Assembly (NCBI GenBank): GCA_963823285.1
Contig: CAWGKX010000008.1
Span: 85,851 to 149,850, forward strand
DNA length: 64,000 nt
Source: an uncultured Bacteroidales bacterium
Lineage (GTDB): Bacteria > Bacteroidota > Bacteroidia > Bacteroidales > JAGOPY01
Reading direction: 5' to 3'
The translations under genes were made by a program, and so were the position numbers. Shown piece after piece: positions 58,947-64,000 of the stretch (within the stretch, counting starts at the first letter, position 1; each line of letters starts with the position of its first letter). The notes beneath the pieces are model-generated. The model searched no databases and was not told the origin of the DNA. It saw only the letters and a program-made list of their open reading frames with translations.

Positions 58947-61900
58947 ATGAGAAGAATTATCGTACTTATTCTCTTCTGCCTTACTGTCTTAAATGCTGCT
59001 TATCCTACTACAGGTCCCGTCACAACTGCTGGTTCGGAGATTTATTGCAATGAATTTTCCTTCGGTATTCCAATCACGGTAACCGGATTCAATAATGTCG
59101 GAAGTGTTTCACTCACATTGAATTATGATCCCCAGATATTGCAGTTCGACTATGTAACTCTTAACGATGCCATTTCAGAAAGCCAGACCAACGGCAATGA
59201 GCCTGGGGTCTTCACGCTCACCTATCAGGGCAGTTCCGGGATTGACCTGCCCGATGGCGATATCCTGTTCACACTTGGATTCAGTTATACAGGGCCGCAT
59301 GAAGGCGGATCTTCCCTGTTCATCTGGCCTTCGATCCCTTCTTCGGCCAATGAGTACCTTTCACCGGATGGGATACCGTATGACAGGGACCCGTTCGGAG
59401 ATTATTTTATTGACGGAAATGTGACGGTGAACACCCTGGGATGCGAACCGGTGACAACAGCCCCCGAGATCGTGAGCTGCCCGGAAGGGATAATTTTTGT
59501 CCCGGTTACCGTTACTGATTTCAATCGCGTAAGTGGAATTTCACTTACGTCTGAATTATGATCCCGGAGTCATTCAATTCGAAGATGTCATTCTTAATCC
59601 GGCTTTAACAGGAAGCATAACCGATGGCCTTGAGCCCGGCGTTTTCAGGTTGAGTTACTCCACCTGGCCGGCCATTGACCTGCCTGATGGCGACACCTTG
59701 TTCACGCTGGAGTTCACTTATTCAGGGCCTCCCATTGGAGCGACTTCTCTTTTGACCTGGCCTGAAACCCCTCCGGAAGACAATCAATACCTGAATGCAG
59801 AAGGGTGGCCATATTCCAGAGAGCCATTCAGAAACTATTTCCTTGACGGAAGCGTGAGAGTGGATCCTCCGGGCTGTGAAACTTTTACCCTGACCTGTGC
59901 CGGGGACGCCACGCAACCTTCCTGCCGGTCACAGGCAGATATAGATGCTGCATTCGCCGCCTGGCTGGCAACGTCCACTTTCAGCGGCGGATGTGATGCG
60001 GCCATGACCACAGATCCGCCTTCGCCCGCAGCACCCGATGCCTGCGGAGGATCCAAAGCCGTCACGTTTACCGTGACCAGCGCTTGCGATGATTCTCTTA
60101 GCTGTTCGGCCACTTTCACCGTAGAACCGGCTGACGCCGCACCGGGCTGTCCTCCTGCCAGTGCGGCTGAACCTTTGGTGGACGGCCTGCTCGACGAATC
60201 TTACCAGTTCTTCAAAGATATCAGTCTTTCCTCGCCGTCTCACGATCGCTACAGCCGCGGGGTCCTTTATAAATTTGAAGACGCGGACTACCTTTGGCTG
60301 GCATATGTCGAGTCGCGGGGAGTGAACGATAATGTCTATGGAAATTCTTCAGCCGATGTCAGCTATTCAGGCTGGGCCGGCACTCACAAATTCAACGATT
60401 TGTTGACGGGAGACAAGCTGCAAATCCAGCTTTACGACCAGAACTCGGCGAAAGTGTTCGACGTGACACTGGACTACCTGTTCGAACAAAATCTACACTA
60501 TGAAAAAAGTTATAATTCGGGATTGCTTAAGTTTATGCCTGAAGGCGCCGAAGCCGAAAAATATGACGGATCCCCGCATACAGCCCTGGGATACAATAAT
60601 GTCTTTGAGGCGGAAACTTCCCAGGATTATAACCAGACTTGCAACAACAGTAAATACAATTCCAGATCACCCGGCCCACCTGAGGAAGGATGCTGGGAAT
60701 ACCGCACCATCTATGAAGTGAAAATTTCGAAGGCCGGACTGGGTCTGCCGGAAATGATCACTGACACAAGCAGGATAAAAATTCCGCTGGTGAATAATTC
60801 ACCGTCCAAGAACACAACGGCCATCAGCGGTTTCAGCTATTGCGATGCCGACCATGACAGCTTGAAGGATCAGGATGAAGCAGGGCTGGAAGGAATGACC
60901 ATCGACCTTGACGGTCCCGTGAACGTTTCGACAACTACGAACGCAAACGGTTTCTATGAGTTCTTTTATATTGCCGACGGCTCTTATACTGTCGGTGAAG
61001 CCAGTCAGCCGGGATATATCCTGACACAGGGGCCCGGTCCCTTCACCCTGGCCTCCCACCAGGTTGCGCGTGACAAGAACTTCGGCAACCTATTCACCAA
61101 TATTATCCTGACCTGCCCCGGCGATTTGATGGCAGGCCCGTTTGCAACACAGTCTGAAGCTGATGCAGCTTTCGCCGGATGGCTGGCAGGAGCGACATTG
61201 ACCGGCTGCAATGTAACGCTTGCTACCGATCCCGCTTCGCCTGCATCGCCTGATGTATGCACCGGCGGAACCACCACTGTCACCTTTATTGCAGAAGGTT
61301 GCGAGGCAAATGCGGCATCATGCGGGGCAAGCTTCATACTATCCGCCCCTGGCTCGTGCCCGCCGGTCAGCACAACACCGCCTGTGGTGGATGGCCTGCT
61401 CGACGAGTCTTACCAGTTCTTCAAGAGCGTGAGCCTTTCCTCGCCGGGTCATAACGGCTACAGCCGCGGGATCCTTTATAAATTTGAAGACGCCGGACTA
61501 CATGTGGCTGGCATACGTTGAGTCGAGGGGAGTGAACGATAATGTCTACGGAAATTCTTCCGGCGATGTCAGCTACGCCGGCTGGACAGGCACTCACAGA
61601 TTCAACGATTTGCTGACGGGAGACAGGCTGCAAATACAGCTTTTCGACGAAAACTCGGTAAAATTATTCGACGTGACCCTGGACTACCTGTTCGAGCAGG
61701 ATTTCCACCACGAAAGCAGTTATAATTCGGGATTGCTTAAGTTTATGCCTGAAGGTGCCGAAGCCGAAAAATATGACGGATCGCCACGTTATGCCCTGGG
61801 ATACAATAATGTCCTTGAGGCGGAAACTTCCCAGGATTATAACCAGACTTGCAACAACAGTAAATACAATTCCAGATCACCCGGCCCGCCTGAGGAAGGA

Positions 61901-62635
61901 TGCTGGGAATACCGTACGATCTATGAAGTGAAAATTTCGAAGGCCGGACTGGGTCTGCCCGAAATGATCACGGACACAAGCAGGATAAAAATTCCGCAGG
62001 TGAATAATTCACCGCCGAAGAACGCTACGGCCATAAGCGGTTTCAGTTATTGTGACGCTGATCATGATGGCGCGCCGGATCCGGGAGAAAACGGCCTTGG
62101 CGGATGGACCATCAGCCTTGCCGGCCAGGTGAATGATTCCACAACGACCGATGCAAATGGATTCTATGAGTTTTTTAATATCGGGACGGGATCATACACC
62201 CTGACAGAAACGGCTAAGCCCGGATATGAGCCGGCACAGATCCCTGCTTCTTTCAACCTGGCGGCACACCAGGTCGCACGCGGCAAGGACTTCGGAAACT
62301 CGCCCGCAGGTTGCCGGGAAGAGGCATCTGCACCTATTCAGCCTGTTCAGGCCGATCCGGCAGAAGAACAGGACCTGAATGTGGAGATCGTACCCAATCC
62401 ATTCAGGGAATGGACAGATGTAAGGATAACCTCACCGGCAACAACAAAAATAACGGTTGAAATCTATGATCTCCGGGGATCAAGAGTAGCGTCGCTTTAT
62501 GATGGCGGGATCGATGCCGGCATAACTGGTTCATTCCGGTTCCATTCGCCTGCCTGCCGGTCCGGGCAGGTCTTCATGTGTGTGATCCGCTTGCAGCAGG
62601 GTAATATCGTGAGGAAGATCGTTCAGATTAAATAG
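58947..62635 (+). CDS. Large T9SS-type secreted protein: two cohesin-like domains plus a duplicated ~403-aa module containing an SdrD-B-like domain (two apparent +1 frameshifts near 59550 and 61494)
   Basis: Signal peptide; SLTLNYDP cohesin-like repeats; ISGFSYCD..TTDANGFYEF; C-terminal PNPF CTD; three consecutive ORFs join on removing one base each. Confidence 0.75.
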
Positions 62636-62664
62636 TCGTTAGTCGTTAGTCGTTAGTCGTTAGT
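62633..62664. repeat. (TAGTCGT)4 array starting at the stop codon
   Basis: Direct reading. Confidence 0.9.
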
Positions 62665-62814
62665 TGGCAGTGGAACCCTGGAACTTTAAACACTCCTACT
62701 CCTGCCCGATTCCGGGCACTTCGCCTGCCCACCAACCGCTGATCCCTCGTCTCCGCCTTTGGCGGATCCTCGGGACAGGCCGCTGACTGCTGACATTCAA
62801 CCCTTTACCTGATA

Positions 62815-62830
62815 CGGCACGGGAATTGCG
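62815..62830 (+). promoter_or_regulatory. Putative sigma54 promoter
   Basis: CGGCACG-GGAA-TTGCG, exact GG-N10-GC. Confidence 0.6.
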
Positions 62831-62867
62831 TTAATCTGTCAGCTTTTGCCTTAATTATAAACCCAAC

Positions 62868-63203
62868 ATGAAAGGGCAGGTTCTTTTCGTAGGATACGAA
62901 GCCCCCTATCAAGCAGAAATCTGCGATTTCTTAAACCAGCATGGAGGCGAGGCCTGCTTTGCAGACACCGCCTCCATTGCTATCCGTATCCTGAACGACA
63001 GCCATATCGGCACGGTTGTGCTTAACCTGCAACAGCTCGGCGATATTGCAGTCCTAAGGTATATCAACCTGTATTACCCGGGCATAAAAGTCCTGATCTC
63101 GGCAAGCAATGAATTTGACGATATCATCGACATCTTCAGCAAAGGTAATTTTCAGCTTATCCGAAGGCCGCTGAAGCTGCAGGAGTTGGGTGTACTGCTC
63201 TGA
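62868..63203 (+). CDS. Stand-alone atypical receiver-like protein
   Basis: CheY-like length and pattern (YPGIKVLIS, RPL..QEL) lacking the acidic pocket residues. Confidence 0.6.
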   Translation: MKGQVLFVGYEAPYQAEICDFLNQHGGEACFADTASIAIRILNDSHIGTVVLNLQQLGDIAVLRYINLYYPGIKVLISASNEFDDIIDIFSKGNFQLIRRPLKLQELGVLL

Positions 63204-64000
63204 GAAGTGAAGCTTGAAAAGTGAAAAATATAAATTAATTATGCAACATCAGGCATTAATCATTAAGCATTAAATCACTAGTTATCTGCATATTACCACC
63301 ATACATAATAATTCAAGATATTCCATCGCAGCCATCCCGGAGAAAATATTTTCCAAATTTGTGTCATAGTATTAAATTTTTTATATACATTCGCTTTGTT
63401 GCCAGTGAGTAGCTGCGGAGGACCCCCTATTTCCAACGTAGTTGTTTGTAAACTAACCAGTTAAACCCAAAAACCGTGAAAAAACTCTACCTTATTTATT
63501 TCTATCTCTCATCCAATCCTCCAATCTCCTGATCGTACAATCTTCCAATCAAGCAATCACTCATTGGAGCACTGGTACACTGGAACATTGAAATAATTGA
63601 AACATTGAAACACTGGAACAATAGAACACCCAAATTCCAGTCATCATAAAAATTGCAGTTGAAATAAAAATAATTAACAAAATTTTAAAATTTGAATAAA
63701 TTTGTCTAAATTAGAGGTCGAAAAGAAAACCAATTCTTCATTTCGTATAACCTGAAAGCGTAATTGAAGGTCAGTTTTGTCTTTTCTGTCATTTTTGCCA
63801 ACTCAATAAACCCAAAACCCATGAAAAAGATTTACTCTTTTCCTGCCAGTATTTTCCATTCACCAGCCAGTATCTGCCCAATGGGCCACCTGCCCGATCT
63901 ACCCTTAATTTCAAAACAATTATCAATCGAATAATCGTCCATTCAAACAATTTATCATCGAAAAAAATATAAAACAATAATCAAAAAATAATAATCATAA

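Noticed and set aside
60170-62300. Diversity-generating retroelement TR/VR pair
   Set aside because: Both copies are coding, differences are not adenine-specific, and no reverse transcriptase is present.
1-64000. tRNA, rRNA, prophage or defence-system genes
   Set aside because: No such motifs recognised by eye; tRNAscan, Rfam and DefenseFinder were not run.

Overview
Bacteroidota (Bacteroidales-like) chromosomal window. This is supported by T9SS C-terminal domains, TAnnTTTG promoter motifs and typical gene families. No rRNA, tRNA, CRISPR array or intact transposase/integrase was seen. Gene content in order: an AT-rich, cassette-like segment (rsgA-like, beta-barrel, methyltransferase) separated by attC-like imperfect palindromes; an AraC/lmo0937/cupin/mlaEFD/AI-2E locus; a sigma54 two-component system followed by a lipoprotein plus YkuD-family (L,D-transpeptidase) operon; a liu-type leucine catabolism cluster; pirin; LytS/LytTR; kdpFABCDE; a GH3-family protein; a 5x DUF4397 T9SS protein; an ABC exporter; an Omp85-family protein; a sulfotransferase; a 3-beta-HSD-like enzyme; an EthD-like protein; acetoacetate-CoA ligase; an ECF sigma locus; icmF; a split FadF/HdrD-like Fe-S oxidoreductase; a second sigma54 two-component system; and a large T9SS protein with an internal duplication. 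The most interesting signals are: (1) a sigma54-controlled operon that looks like a self-contained 'Braun-lipoprotein-like' tethering kit (Lys-ending helical lipoprotein, DpaA/YafK-like enzyme, ErfK/YbiS-like enzyme, apparently inactive YkuD-like protein); (2) pervasive 7/8/9-bp tandem arrays and REP-like palindromes at gene junctions that also sit in frame inside at least six proteins; (3) attC-like cassette boundaries. Five single-base frameshifts in four otherwise intact genes are most likely sequencing/assembly errors. All family assignments come from motif recognition, not database searches.
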